DNA of 64,000 nucleotides from Marsupella aquatica (GCA_973895155.1 OZ316893.1:19968857-20032856), one strand, 5' to 3'; positions 38,904 through 51,467 are shown, numbered from the stretch's first letter. Made by a program: numbers and translations. The notes: a model not told the origin generated them from the letters alone.

Positions 38904-39230
38904 TATTTCTGGGGTTAGTCTGGCTTCTGAATTCATGTGGTTTGCTCTGGACGTGTTCAGTTGGGCGATTGTATACCTAGCACAGTGGCATCCTCTCGTG
39001 GTCCCTATTCTAAAAGCAGAAGGAGAATAGTGTGAAATGTGGTTTCCTTATTTGCGAGCGCTGGTCAGGGTAACATAGGTCGTTTGATGTCGTATATGAT
39101 AATGATTTAGGAGGCCCCGCAAGAGGTCGAAAATATTTTTTCTTCGCCAATGAAGGAGTGTAGAATTTGCACAGATATTCTCTTTGAATAGAGTAGTCGA
39201 AAACTATGAGCCCTTCAAGTTTGGGACTCT
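38904..39230 (+). pseudogene. VHA-e: Third, partial VHA-e copy: end of intron 2, exon 3 (38961-39030) and part of the 3'UTR
   Basis: Direct duplicate of 39903-40229 (offset 999 bp). Encodes WAIVYLAQWHPLVVPILKAEGE*. Confidence 0.9.
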
Positions 39231-39285
39231 AGCAAGCAAGCAAGCAAGCAAGCAAGCAAAGCAATCGGGGCGTTCTGTCGACGAG

Positions 39286-40029
39286 ATGGGGTTTATTCTC
39301 ACCACGTTCTACTACGTGTTGGCTGGCCTCGTGGGCTCCCTGGCCGTCCCAGTTTGTTTCAACAAGGGCCCCTCTGCCAACAGGTGAGTTACTCGCTGAC
39401 CCGACTGATCCATCGACTGATTCATTGATCGATTCATTGATCGATTCATTGATTGATGGGTGGATTCATGGCTTTTCGCTCGGCGATATCAGGTAGTCTG
39501 CTTAGTCTGTCTCCCAGTTTTGCATTTTTTAGGGTTTTAGAAATGAAATCGGCGTTCATCAAGGCTCTGCGGGTGGTCTCTCTCTCTCTCTGTCCGTCTG
39601 TCTTTCTCGAGCATCACTTTTTCCGCTGAGATTTGATTTTCCGCTTGGGAATTCATGATGCATGTCGTGTTGGTGAACACAGCGGTCTTTTGCTGCTACT
39701 TGATGTAAGTGCCACCAACCTCTATTCAGGTCGTTTATGAATTTTGTGCATTTCTGTGATGTCTTGGCGTGCGGATAGAGAATCCTGGCGCCTAACACGA
39801 GAAATATGATGCACTCGTGTAGATGGTGATCTCCATGGTGCATTGCTTCCATGCCTTCTAATATTCTTACGTATGTCCCGCGAACTACACAAGGAAGCAT
39901 AGGATTTCTGGGGTTAGCCTGGCTTCTGAATTCATGTGGTTTGTTCTGGACGTGTTCAGTTGGGCGATTGTATACCTAGCACAGTGGCATCCTCTCGTGG
40001 TCCCTATTCTAAAAGCAGAAGGAGAATAG
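39286..40029 (+). pseudogene. VHA-e: Second VHA-e copy with mutated intron-1 acceptor (pseudogene or exon-2-skipping allele)
   Basis: Exons 39286-39383, 39657-39704, 39960-40029 encode the same protein as the left copy. The acceptor reads gaattcAT (39655-39656) instead of gaattcAG, and the upstream region is replaced by the partial duplicate. Confidence 0.8.
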
Positions 40030-40481
40030 TCCAAAATGTGGTTTCCTTATTTGCGAGCGCTGGTCAGGGTAACATAGGTCGTTTGATGTCATATATGATA
40101 ATGATTTAGGAGGCCTCGCAAGAGGTCGAAAATATTTTTTCTTCGCCAATGAAGGAGTGTAGAATTTGCACAGATATTCTCTTTGAACAGAGTAGTCGAA
40201 AACTATGATCCCTTCAAGTTTGGGACTCTGCCGCCCTAGTCTTGCACCATCTCCAGTGCAGTGTGAAGATCGGCACAATTGTAATTAAAAAGTAAGCTTG
40301 GTCCTTACGATTTCTTCGTTGTCTGGAACAAACGATTATTTGGTGGGACACAGAAGGAATTTACATATGTTCTTATACATCGTTCATTGTTATGAATTGA
40401 GCTTTTAGCTGCATAAAGCCTGAGAAGTCTGATGAAGCAGTTTGCAAAGGAATCGCAGGACTAGAGATTAGGAAAGGAGAA

Positions 40482-43400
40482 ATGGAGCAGAGCAAACAGA
40501 GCGTTGCAGAAAGCTGTTCTGAGCCTCCCATGGATTCTGGGCACACTTTAAGTGCTGATTCGATTCGCCGTTACAGTAGACAGCTCTTGGTGCCCTCGTT
40601 TGGAGTTGCAGGTCCGTAATTCTTTCTCATGTCCCCAGGTTCTATTCTGAAATTTACCAAAAAGATGTTCGGGCCATCTGTCTCCTCTCACACTCATTCA
40701 GCTTCTGTCTGCCCGAAACTCTCAAGCACAACTGGCCGGGACAAAGCATGCTCTCGTTTTCTGTTTTGTTAATACATCGCTGCAATTCCATAGTTGAGTA
40801 CATGTTCTGTTTTACGCTCACTCCTGCCAACAATGCTTTCCCTCCTAAATCTGAGTCTCTACAGAGGCCTCACATTAAGAACTGCTATTCTTTACGTCTG
40901 GACTGGCAAGCCTCCTGGTCTGTTTGGGATTGAATAACATTCATCTCTAGCTCAAGAGCTTGTGGCTCGAATTGTCCAACTAAACCCTCGGTCTTCTTTT
41001 AACTTCTTAATCAATTGCTTAGAGTTTATGTCAACTATGCTATAATGCAAGTAATACCAAGGATAGATTTGTATGATGATTTTGTTGGAAGTGGGTTTCC
41101 TCCGGATTAGAGAGACGTACTAACGTGTGATTCAGGTCAGGAACGCCTTTTGAAGTCTTCTGCACTGGTGGTTGGATGTGGAGGACTTGGCTCCCCAATT
41201 GCTTTATACCTTGCGGCAGCTGGCGTTGGTTCTCTCTCGGTCTCAACTCCTAAACGGTTTTCTCATCCAATAGGCCTCTACATTGAAGAGTATAGCTACT
41301 TTGAATTTTGTGCATTGGTTCTTCTCTCTCTATGTGGATGGGGTCCCTCAGGCTGTAGAATTTAGTTCGCCTGTTTTCCCTCTCGCGTCTGGACATTCTA
41401 GAATGTTCCGCATGAACTGGGGAAAATTTCATCCGTTAAAACAATCAGCAGAAGCACTGTTTTTAGACTCTAGAGTATGTCGTCACCTCTTTAAACTCCA
41501 ACCTGAGTGACATTATGCATATATGCAGCTTCTTTGGGGAGATACACGCAATCATAAGGAACACTGAAGTGTGTGTGTGTTTGGGGGTGGGGATTCTATC
41601 TCATGTTTATGCAATTGTAATACCATTTACTCGCCCTAGTTTTTGCTTCGATTTCTCAGTCTACAATTCTTGTGCAGGATGTCTGGGCCTTATGGATCAC
41701 GATGTTGTTGAGCTTAGCAATCTGCACCGCCAGGTATGTCTTTAGAACCTATTATGTGGAGTGCGTCGTTGGCATATAGATTTCCCAATGTCGTCCTAGT
41801 TAAATGTATCTTACATGTTAGAGAACCTATATGTGCAGGTCATTCACTCAGAGGCTTTTGTCGGCAAGTCCAAGGTCAAGTCAGCTGCTTCAGCTTGCCT
41901 AGGGTATGACTGCTTCCTTAATTTCTGCATTCAGTTAAATGGCCAGGGTCATACTTTTGACGAGACAATGCCTATGGTTGTCCATGAAGTGTTTTCTTCG
42001 ACATCCTGACCATGTTATCAATCTGCTGTTTTTAATATTTGAATCAGTGGAGTCTGATGTCTATGGTGGTACTTCATGTCTGAGCTTGGAACCATCATAC
42101 TCTTTCTACTTTGGCAGGCTCAATTCGTCCTTGCAAGTACTTGAATATGCCCACAGATTGGATGCAGCCAATGCGGTGGAAATTGTCAGCAAGTATCCTG
42201 TTTTCGTTGTAGGCTTGGCATAAGTGTCGTTTCGTGATGCATTGGTGAGTGGCATCTTCAGTTGCTCACTGACTATGTTGAGTTAAATTATAGTGATCCA
42301 GATCCGCTCAGTTGCTCTGGAAGGCAGATGCAGAGTATATTTCTGTAACATAATTGCTGCCAGTCGTTGTTACGGACTGTGATTCTTCTTTAAAAACTAT
42401 GAACATTAGCATGAAAGTTAGCACGTCCACATCCTTGGTGAATTTTCAGCCCTCTATGTGCACGTGGACCACTGTGTATGGTTACCCACCAAAGAAGCAA
42501 AGAATCTTTTCTTTTCTTTTGTTTTGTTTTTTGTAAACAATAATTTCAATTCAATTCAAGCTAATACTTCATATTTGTTCTTCTACTACAGCAATATATT
42601 TAAATTCCCTTTGATAAAAATGTAGAGCATTTCAAATATTATCAGTGGGAGAAATGTGGTCCATTCCCCAACTGCATCAAACAAGTGAATTGGAAGAAAA
42701 TGTGATTGTTTGCCCGTTTGCAAGTTTTTTTGCTTTGATGAATGGGCACAAATTGGAGCATCTGTGTTCCTTGAACAAAATCTCTTAGATTTGACGTGGT
42801 GCTAGATGCAACGGATAACCTCCCTACTCGCTATCTTCTCAGCGATGCATGTGTTGTGTCTGGAAAGGTACTTCAAAATATCCCTCAAAACTCGTCTCTG
42901 ACAAATAGAGTTGAATTGTAGAAGATGGGTCACTGGAGCGATGATTCTGTAGAGTATGATGCTGAGGTAATTACAGGCATAGATAACAATTTTTGAGCGG
43001 GAAACTGGAATGTAGCTTCACCCTCAGAGTTTGATAAAGAATTTCTGGCTATATTTACTGCCTTTCTCTACAAGTCAGTGTTCTAGTAGATTCCTTTGAA
43101 TGGGTTAGTTTCCTCAGAAACCTTCCGGTTCTGGGGAAGTTCTTTCATCTGGCATAGTTGGAAAGGAACTACAAGCCGTACATTTTCTCACTGGGAGAGC
43201 CAAGGAAAGCACAAAGTCTTTGGATGACAGAACTATTATCCCTCTCCATGTTCTTGTGTTGCAGCCTTTGGTGTCCGGAGCAGCACTTGGAGTCGAGGGG
43301 CAGGTATCGATTTCTGTAACTTGTGTTATTTTCCGATTTATGCGCTTCTGTTACATGAAGTGTCTTATTCCTTTGCCAAAGGCAAAGAGGACTATTTTCA

Positions 43401-45086
43401 TACAACCGTTAGTGGTTAGTACGTCGCAAAAGCGGGACTTGGTTTATTTTGTTTGTATGGCATGTATAAATGTTTTGGGTACTTTTTGCAGGTGACTACC
43501 TACAATCATAAAAACGGGCCATGTTACCGATGCCTTTTTCCAATACCCCCACCACAAGATGCTCATCAGCGGTGTTCTGACAATGGTGTGATTGGAGTCG
43601 GTAAGGATTTCTTTCCTCCCTAGAATGACACCCACGTCGTTTTCTAATACTTGTGATTCGAAATTGTCTCAGCCTTAGGAATTTTTATTCTCGAAGTCGT
43701 GGAGTTTCGGATCCTTTCACAGCTTCCTGTGTCCCATGAGGTTGATTTCCTTTTGTTGTAATGGGTATTCAATTGCTTCATCGCTGCTGGGCATGGTCAT
43801 CTTATGAAAGGCTAGCTGCAAGCAGTTGCTTCAAATTTTAGCTGACAATTTGGTATACTTGAAAACATCATCACTTCGCGCCGTTGACGACTTTAAAATT
43901 CTTGGTGTGTAGTTCCTGGAATTATCGGTACTTTTCAAGCATTGGAAGCTTTGAAGCTCGTAGGAGAAGTTGGGGAGACTCTGAATGGTCGAATGCTTAT
44001 ATTGGATGCATGGTCAACACGTATACACATGGTATAACAAAAAGTCGTTAAAAAAGTAGATTGGCTCTTTAGACTCGCCTCAGAACGTTGGACTAATCTG
44101 AACTATTCTCATGAGATAGTATCCCGTCTCATTTTCACTTGAATGATTGTTCAATATGTTTCACCGACTGTTTTCTCTTCTCCTCAACAGCTGAATGGCC
44201 AGATAGGATGTTACTCATTGGACAATTATTCAGTATCAATACCATCACCTAAAAATCTAAGGAATAGAGCAAAACCTTCAAAAAATCTTAAGGTGAAGTG
44301 TTTGGCAAAAGACTCTCGATTTCGAAAGACATTTTGATGATTGTGGGCATGGCTGTCTGCAGGTGAAGCTTAGGGGCAGAAATGTGGCGTGCATCGCTTG
44401 TGGAGACGCTCCACAGATTTCGAATTCGAATCTGCACTTGTATGATTATGAGAGATTCACACAGTCACGTTTATCGGACGAGGTTCGTTTCTTTTATAAT
44501 TTTTGTACATGGAAACCTTCTTTTTGTGACTAGTATGAATGTCGGTTACTTCTAATTCTACCTAACTTCAAGATCCGAATGCTTCTAATTCGTTGAGAGA
44601 AAGGTTTCACCTTCTGCTGCAGCACTATGGGCTGGAGGGCTGAGGCATAAATTTTGAGATTTACGTGCTTCTGTACACTGCATTTTTCAGGCTCCTGAAG
44701 GGCAACATATTATTCCAGAAAATGAGCGTATATCTAATGCAGAATTGAAGATACGCTTGGAGTCGGGTCAACCTCACGTTCTACTTGATGTTAGAGACGC
44801 ACATGAGTATGCCATAAGCAGATTGCCCAATTCACTGAACATACCGTTGTCTAGTCTGAAAGAAAATCTCCAAATCCTTGAGGCTGCTGTAAATGACAGC
44901 AAGCAGGAAGAAAGCGCAGTCTCTCCGCCTCGGAGTCCTGCCATATATGTAGTTTGTCGCAGAGGAAATGATTCACAGAGAGCGGTGCAGTTACTGAGGA
45001 GCGATGGGTACACCAGCGCGGTAGACGTGATTGGAGGATTAGAATCTTGGGTAAAGACCGTTAATGCGGACTTTCCATTTTATTAA
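40482..45086 (+). CDS. CNX5: Adenylyltransferase/sulfurtransferase MOCS3/UBA4 (ThiF/MoeB + rhodanese), 426 aa from first in-frame ATG; true start uncertain
   Basis: Exons 40482-40611, 41136-41228, 41678-41733, 41839-41903, 42118-42192, 42789-42867, 43265-43303, 43492-43600, 43913-44031, 44363-44482, 44691-45086; 1281 nt in frame. Motifs [38 protein letters not shown], rhodanese LLDVR...CRRGNDSQ, terminal DFPFY*. Confidence 0.95.
42193..42788 (+). other. Probable U12-type (minor spliceosome) GT-AG intron in CNX5
   Basis: 5' site GTATCCTG; branch-like TTCCTTGAAC at 42767-42776, 12 nt before the intron end; no extended pyrimidine tract. Confidence 0.75.
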
Positions 45087-46239
45087 CTCTACTAAATTTG
45101 AAATGGCAACACCAACTAGCTTCAATGGCCAACGCGAGCTGTTTTCCCTATGTCTCTTGGACCCACTAAATATCATCCCATCGCCCAAGCTAAAAGTGCC
45201 GTAAGAGTTCAGTCTTTGAAGATGAAACTGAACCTCGTGGAGTCATGTATTATAGGGAACTCGATTGGGTTAGCTAGGTAGGCAGCATCCAGATCTTCGT
45301 CCATAAAACTGTAGACATGACTTCAGTCACAGGAGGGAAATCCACTAATGTACATTCCTCAAGTTCGTAAAACCGTCGTCTTGATATGAAGCAATTTTTT
45401 GTCCTTCAGAATAGAAAGCTTTGACAACATTAATAGAAGTTTGCGCAAGTAAAAACTTGCATTCTCGTCCAGGAATGTGAGGTTCCAAGGTTCACATCGT
45501 GTCTCGAACAAGAGTAAACGGGGAAGGGAAAGGTTTTGAATGCTTAAGAGCTAAAAGGCAGATGCCTTTCGAGATTTTCACTTGAGAAAGTTGAACGGTC
45601 CTACAAACATGCAAAGCCTAGGCATCTGGGTAACTCGTCAGACGGCTCAGCAGCAAGAGCAGCAATGGAGTATGGCCTGTTACATGGCTCGGCCACTCAA
45701 TTCGCTTTTGTTGTGCTGCAATGTGTGATCCACCAGCCATCCAAGCGTAACTGTGGCTTTACAAGATGTTCGGACACTATTGACTTTTTTCCACCAAAGC
45801 AAAACGGGAGCACCACTAAGAAATCTTTTGATCTGAACTTCACTGATTGTAAATACTTTGAATGGATAACCAAAGTATGCAAATGTTTGGACCTACTCTC
45901 ATGGTGGTCTAAAATTGTAGACAAAAGCACTCCACATCAGCATACACTTGGGCTTACTTTACTATGTAGGATAGGTGGACACCCAGTTCATTCAAAGCCA
46001 ACTGCACCTCTTTCCATTCATTATATAGTCCAGATTTAAGGCGCCCACTTCATGTAATGCCAAATAGTCCAGATTTAAGGTGCCCACTTCATGTAATGCC
46101 AAATGCAACTCTTTTGATTCCTTATATGGTCCAGAAGGCCCCAGGTTTAACCTGACGGACATGTTTATGACTTTTTGGGCACGTAAAACTGTCAAATGAC
46201 GGTCCAAAAATGGTCAGTTTGATGTATATTCCCCAATAT

Positions 46240-46460
46240 CCCCCGGACGCCCCCGGTCCCTAGACTCCTAACCCGACCCGCCCGGACCCAACCCGGACCT
46301 GGCCTCCCAAACCCCTCCCCAGCCTCCCAAACTCCTCCCCAGCCTCCCAAACCCCTCCCAAACCGGGCCTCCCGAACCCCTCCCCGGCCTCCCGAACCCA
46401 TCCCGAACCCGGCTCAGGCCAGCCCGGGTCAACCCTCACACCCGGACCGACCCCTACTCC
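46240..46460. repeat. C-rich low-complexity repeat (G-quadruplex-prone on minus strand)
   Basis: Recurrent cctcccaaaccc / cctcccgaaccc / cccggaccc. Confidence 0.75.
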
Positions 46461-46924
46461 GGGAGACTGGGCGACCGGTTTATGGTTTTATGACGAAAAT
46501 CCCCCAATTTGACAGGCAAAGAAACCAGGGAAGGCCCCGAGTTCGTGTTAAGTCACGCAATTCAATTCATTATATGCTATAGATAATTCAATCTCACACA
46601 TATAGAATGAAGACTATGGGTCTTGACATCTTGTAATTAATATAACAGGTGGAATACACAAATACATGGTTGAGCCCACCACGCGAAAGTCAGTAATTGA
46701 TCCGAGAGTCAGGCATTTGTTATTGGGCAAACATTGGGATGAATTTAAACACGTGACAATGAGAACCTCGGCGGCGCTGGTAACGTGCCGATTTCTCCTT
46801 CATCATTAAATCCGCGGGGGATTAAAGTAGACAGTCATTGATCGACCTCCAGTACGTTCACACTTTTGGCCTAGCAGTAGCTACAAACGAACGCAATCAG
46901 CTACAGTCAGTGAGAAATACAACT

Positions 46925-47545
46925 GTCGGAAAGGATTTTCTAAACCTTTGCCAAAGGGTTGGAGTCATCAGCTGATAATCAAGTCGCCTGGGTTTAGTAC
47001 TGTTGCTACAAAAGAAAATAATGAATACAACTCGCTATCCGAAAGGCTGTGCTAAACATTCGCCAAAAGAGTTGGAGTGATCAGCTGGTCCCATGGTCTA
47101 GCATCTACGAAAGAATCAAAGAAATTGTCTTGCAGTCTGAAAGAGTTTCATATTTAAACTTTCACCACAAGAGTTGGAGTGATCAGCGGGTCCCATGGGT
47201 CTAGTAGCTACCAACTAATCCAAACAATTATCTTAGTGAGGATACAACATTCTGTGTGGCCAGAAGGGTTTTCACTAAAAGAGTTTTGAGGGATTGAGCA
47301 GCCGGTCCCATGGATCTCGTAGTTACCAACGCATCAGCAATTATCTATGACTGTGATCGAGAATACAATACAGTAACTGTCTGAAACTATTTTCTAAACC
47401 TTCTCCAAAAGAGTCGGAGTGATCAGCGGGTCCCACGGGTCTCCGCCTTACTTAACAAACGAATTTTTGAAGCACTTATCTGTTTGAAACGTTTTTCTAG
47501 ACCTCACCAAAAAGGTAGATATATGATCAGCGTGTCCCATGGACG
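46925..47545. repeat. Degenerate ~110 bp tandem repeat, 6 units
   Basis: Core gttggagtgatcagc.ggtcccatgg near 46961, 47074, 47176, 47290, 47416, 47520. Confidence 0.85.
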
Positions 47546-49504
47546 GATGTCATATTTAATTTTGAGGGATTCTGCTCCGTGACAGTCAATATTGCAGATC
47601 TGTAGGGTTTAGAATTTAGATCTGTAGCGGACTTGATTCATAACTGAAAAGAGATTGATCGAAACCAAACAACAGATCTTGAATATTATTTTAACAGTTT
47701 TGGAATCAGAAACCAGCTGCCTGGAATACTTGTCAACGCAGCTCTCCAAGATTTGCTGCAGCTCAGTGATGATTCCGTTCATATAATTATGAGATTGAAG
47801 GAGAATGACCGCCGTGTTCTAAGCTTAGGTTCTATCATTGGGCCATCTCACAAGTCGACATAATTCTCATGAAACTTTGACAACTCTTCGTAGTGCAATC
47901 ATTACACCGATCCGCTTGTTTGGTTGTCAAGGTTATTCAGGAAATTCCGACGGACCAGCCTGCACCAAAATCTTCCCTCAGGCTTGCTTGTTCACTGAAT
48001 TGTACGTTCTATGGATGCTCTGGTCACTAGAATTCACACTAATTATTTTGTTTTTTTGCCGTGAAAGATTTCTTTGAATTCTATTCACATTCACACTACT
48101 CTTGAACTCTCGATGGAAATCGTTCTCTGCCCCAGTTTTTCAAGAGTACTCAATTATCATCAGGAGAACGAGTCTATCACGTGGCTAAATAAACACCGTT
48201 TGTGTTCCGCAGATTTCGCCCAACTAATAACACATTATCCACTCTCCCTGCTGCACATAATTTGCCGGATTGCAGGTGAGAGAGATAGGTGCATACATAA
48301 ACAATCATAAACATGGGTGTCATAATTAACACCGCTTCCGACCGAAAAGGTAGTTCCAGATTCCATCAAGCTTAGAACGATTTGATCGCTGTTGCAGGTG
48401 ATAATCATGTTACAGACTCAGCCAGTTGGGAATTCGTGATACTGTAGGTCTATCTGTAGGTGCCTATCATACTTTCTGTGCGAGAAAAGAATCTCCTAGT
48501 TTCGGAGATTGGACGTCTAAACTAGTCATTAATGTGCATGACTACTGTAACTATCCACTTTCTTATCGTCGAATTGACTCGTTCCTACTTCTGAAGATAA
48601 CGGCTGGGAGTGTCTGGCGTGCTGCGACTGTGGTTGGGGCATGGGAGAGAGAAACCATCCTCTCATCGATCAGAGTCTCACTGGATGGAGAAGATCTCAC
48701 TTTCCATCAAGTTGCTCCAACCTACAGCACTGTCAGTATAGTTGCATGGGTCGATTTGGCTGGCTAATAAAATCCGAGAGCGAGCTACAGTCTGATTTTG
48801 TCCCGACGTTCGTCCCCCAACAGACTCTCTGGTAATGCCTAGCTCTGGTAGAGACTAGATGCAGACGTGTAAAACCTGCGACCATCTTTCCTGTCCTAAG
48901 TTGGTTACTTGATAATTTTATAGAACTTTTGTCCATTGATATCATCACTCCAATGATCAACTTACTGCTGGATATCAACGGGTCAACTAGGATTGATGGC
49001 ATCGTTGACATAGATACAGTTGATTATTTGACTGTGTGCGGAAAATGGTTGGGGATTCGATGTTTACCCTCTAGACTTGTAATAATATCTCTGTCAGCAA
49101 ACTTTAGCTGGCTAGTGGCGACCATGCTAGTGGCTACCACCATGCATCAAACCATTTGGTGATTCCCTACGAGAATTCTTGGGAAACTCGCTTATTGTTA
49201 CTTCTTGGGTCCCACCATCCAGTGCTACCCATCATCGCACCTCGTGCATCGCACACAGGATCGTACCTCGTGCATTGCACACAGGAAGTGAAGACATGCG
49301 AATATATTCTTTGCATTTCCGAATGCTAACTCTGGAGAGCTGATTTATAAAAGTGTATAATTTTGCCAGACATTAGGATGACTTTACAAGAAGGTGGGGG
49401 CATTTGTGATTTTCTTTTGCTCACCAAAACAAACTGGAATGTCACTTCTTCTTATTCTATACATAGACTCCATACTATAAGTGTTTTAAAATGAACTTAC
49501 ATAA

Positions 49505-49636
49505 ATGCAAATCCCTTGAATGAAGGAGAGAAAGTTTGGAACTGTTTGGAACATGGCTAGAGGTGGCAATATGCAAATCCCTTGAATGAAGAGAGAAAGT
49601 TTGGAAATGTTTGGAACATGGCTAGAGGTGGCAAAT
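49505..49636. repeat. ~66 bp tandem duplication
   Basis: atgcaaatcccttgaatgaag.agagaaagtttggaa.tgtttggaacatggctagaggtggcaa occurs twice. Confidence 0.9.
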
Positions 49637-49659
49637 TTCTAAACAAAAGAAACACTCCA

Positions 49660-49855
49660 CTCCAGCATTTACTTGGGCCAGTAACTGCCATGTAGGAATG
49701 ATAGACACCAGACTTGAATGGGCCTTAAAGTTCTTGTACAGCTAGCTGCGGCAGTTTCCACTGAAGACGGTCTAGATTTAACCTTAGAGGGAATGAAAAG
49801 AAAACTACGTGCCCCTCAAGTCTTGTAAAGCCACCCTCAGTTGTCCTAGCAAGAG
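49660..49855. repeat. Degenerate members of the repeat families seen at 14-16 kb and 38 kb
   Basis: tttacttgggcca.taactgccatgtaggaatg...tgaatgggcc resembles 15873-15932; gtcttgtaaagccaccctcagttg resembles the 72 bp unit. Confidence 0.6.
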
Positions 49856-51467
49856 ATTCACATGGGGATTCATAACCATTGACAATATCAATGCATATTA
49901 AAGTCAAAATCTGTACTACTTAATTGTGATATGGCTGCCCGCTGCCTGTGGCCGTTGCCTGACAGTAAAACGTATATAATTACAATTAAACGAGGCTCAC
50001 CATCTGTGCAATAGACGCTGCCTGAGTGGTAGTCAAGGAGACTTGGGCCCAACAGGACAGGGGTTTGAATCCTGCCTGACACATTGCCTTTCATAACAAA
50101 CCCCACCCAAAAGTACTGGGGTTCATTCATCAACTTTGACACTTAGAAAACAATTCATGTTTGCATTTTTTCATGGGCAGTTAACGGGGATGGCTGCGGG
50201 CAGGGAGTGTGCAAGGCTCATTAATGAGCCTCATATTGTCATTCGCGCTGATCGAATAGCAAGAGGAGCCCACAAGTAGGAGTTTAATTATGGAAAGTGA
50301 AATATGTTAGGATTTACTCTTAGGTCTAGAGTAACGATTGTACCATAGTTGGGGCTAACCTTAGTCGCAGACTAGGTTACGTTAGTCATGCTATGCACAC
50401 ACTATACCCAAGTGGTGTTTGCTTGGAGAGTAGGAACTCAGGCTCATTGTTAGGAGCCAGTTGAGAGATAGGGAGATCGAGCTTGTGCTATGGATACTTG
50501 GTATGGCCGGTCGGCCTAGAGTACAGTAAAGCTTTTGTGTGTTCCCATGGACGTAGCCTCGTGCTGAGGTATCTCTCTGTGTCACACTTGTGCGTTGGAT
50601 GGTTCATGGGCTTGCCGTTATGATTGTCATCTATGCTCAACAAAGTAGCCCGACCAACTGTAGGAGTTTAATTGCCACAAGTGAAGTTCTGAGTTCAAGC
50701 TTCATAAGTAGACTATATTTTGGACAAACCTCTTCCCATTGTAGGTTTGCCAATTGAAGCCTTTTGCACACAAAAGATGTGACATTTAAATAAAGGGGTA
50801 CTAACTCCTAAGAGGAGTGGGTTGTAATAAGATAGTGAGTTTTCCATGAACCCTGGACCTCGATATATGGTGACATTGCTGGTGGATGGGTGCACCTGTG
50901 TTAATGCCAAACCTTTGATGCATATGGTAGCTCACTGAATTTTCTACATCCGTCCTTCTCTCTAAGTGCAGCCTCCTGAAGGGCAAAACTGCACTAAGTG
51001 CAAGCAATAGGTAGACCCAGCATGTATCCCATTTGGTGTGTCAAAATTCAGTGAATTTTCCACAGTAGTCCCTCTCTAAATACAAGCTTGTTAAGGCAAA
51101 ATTTCACCAAGTGCGAGCAGTCAGGCAAATCCCACTTTGGAAACAAAAGATTTTTTGGGTCAAAATTGGCCTAAGTACATCTTACTTACAAGAGCCGTGG
51201 AGACTGATACAAAGGAAACAAGCCATTAGCCAATTCAATACAGGCCATCCAGGTAGCAAATGCTGTGGTTGTGTCTCATTAATTTGCCAGATCTAGGAAG
51301 ATCTAACGGCCAGCCATATCCTGAGGGAGATCTGATGGTAGACAGATATTCCATATCACAAAAAGGCTCTGTTAGCAACAATGTAGGTCATGGGGCTGCA
51401 AGGACGGGAGGCAAAATTTGCTCCCTTGCCAATTTTTTTAAAAATGGGCTGATTTGCAGCTTCTAAG

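Noticed and set aside
40392-40400. In-frame ATG AAT TGA upstream of CNX5 as a start with selenocysteine or readthrough
   Set aside because: It lies in VHA-e-derived duplicated sequence, the TGA is also in the left copy, land plants lack Sec machinery, and no supporting signal is visible.
3217-45086. tRNA-Phe, NYN RNase and CNX5 as a tRNA-metabolism cluster
   Set aside because: They are spread over 40 kb among unrelated genes, and tRNA-Phe is not a 2-thiolation substrate.
48400-49170. Short ORFs including an LRR-like LSSNQL
   Set aside because: A single motif with no periodic LRR pattern in any frame.
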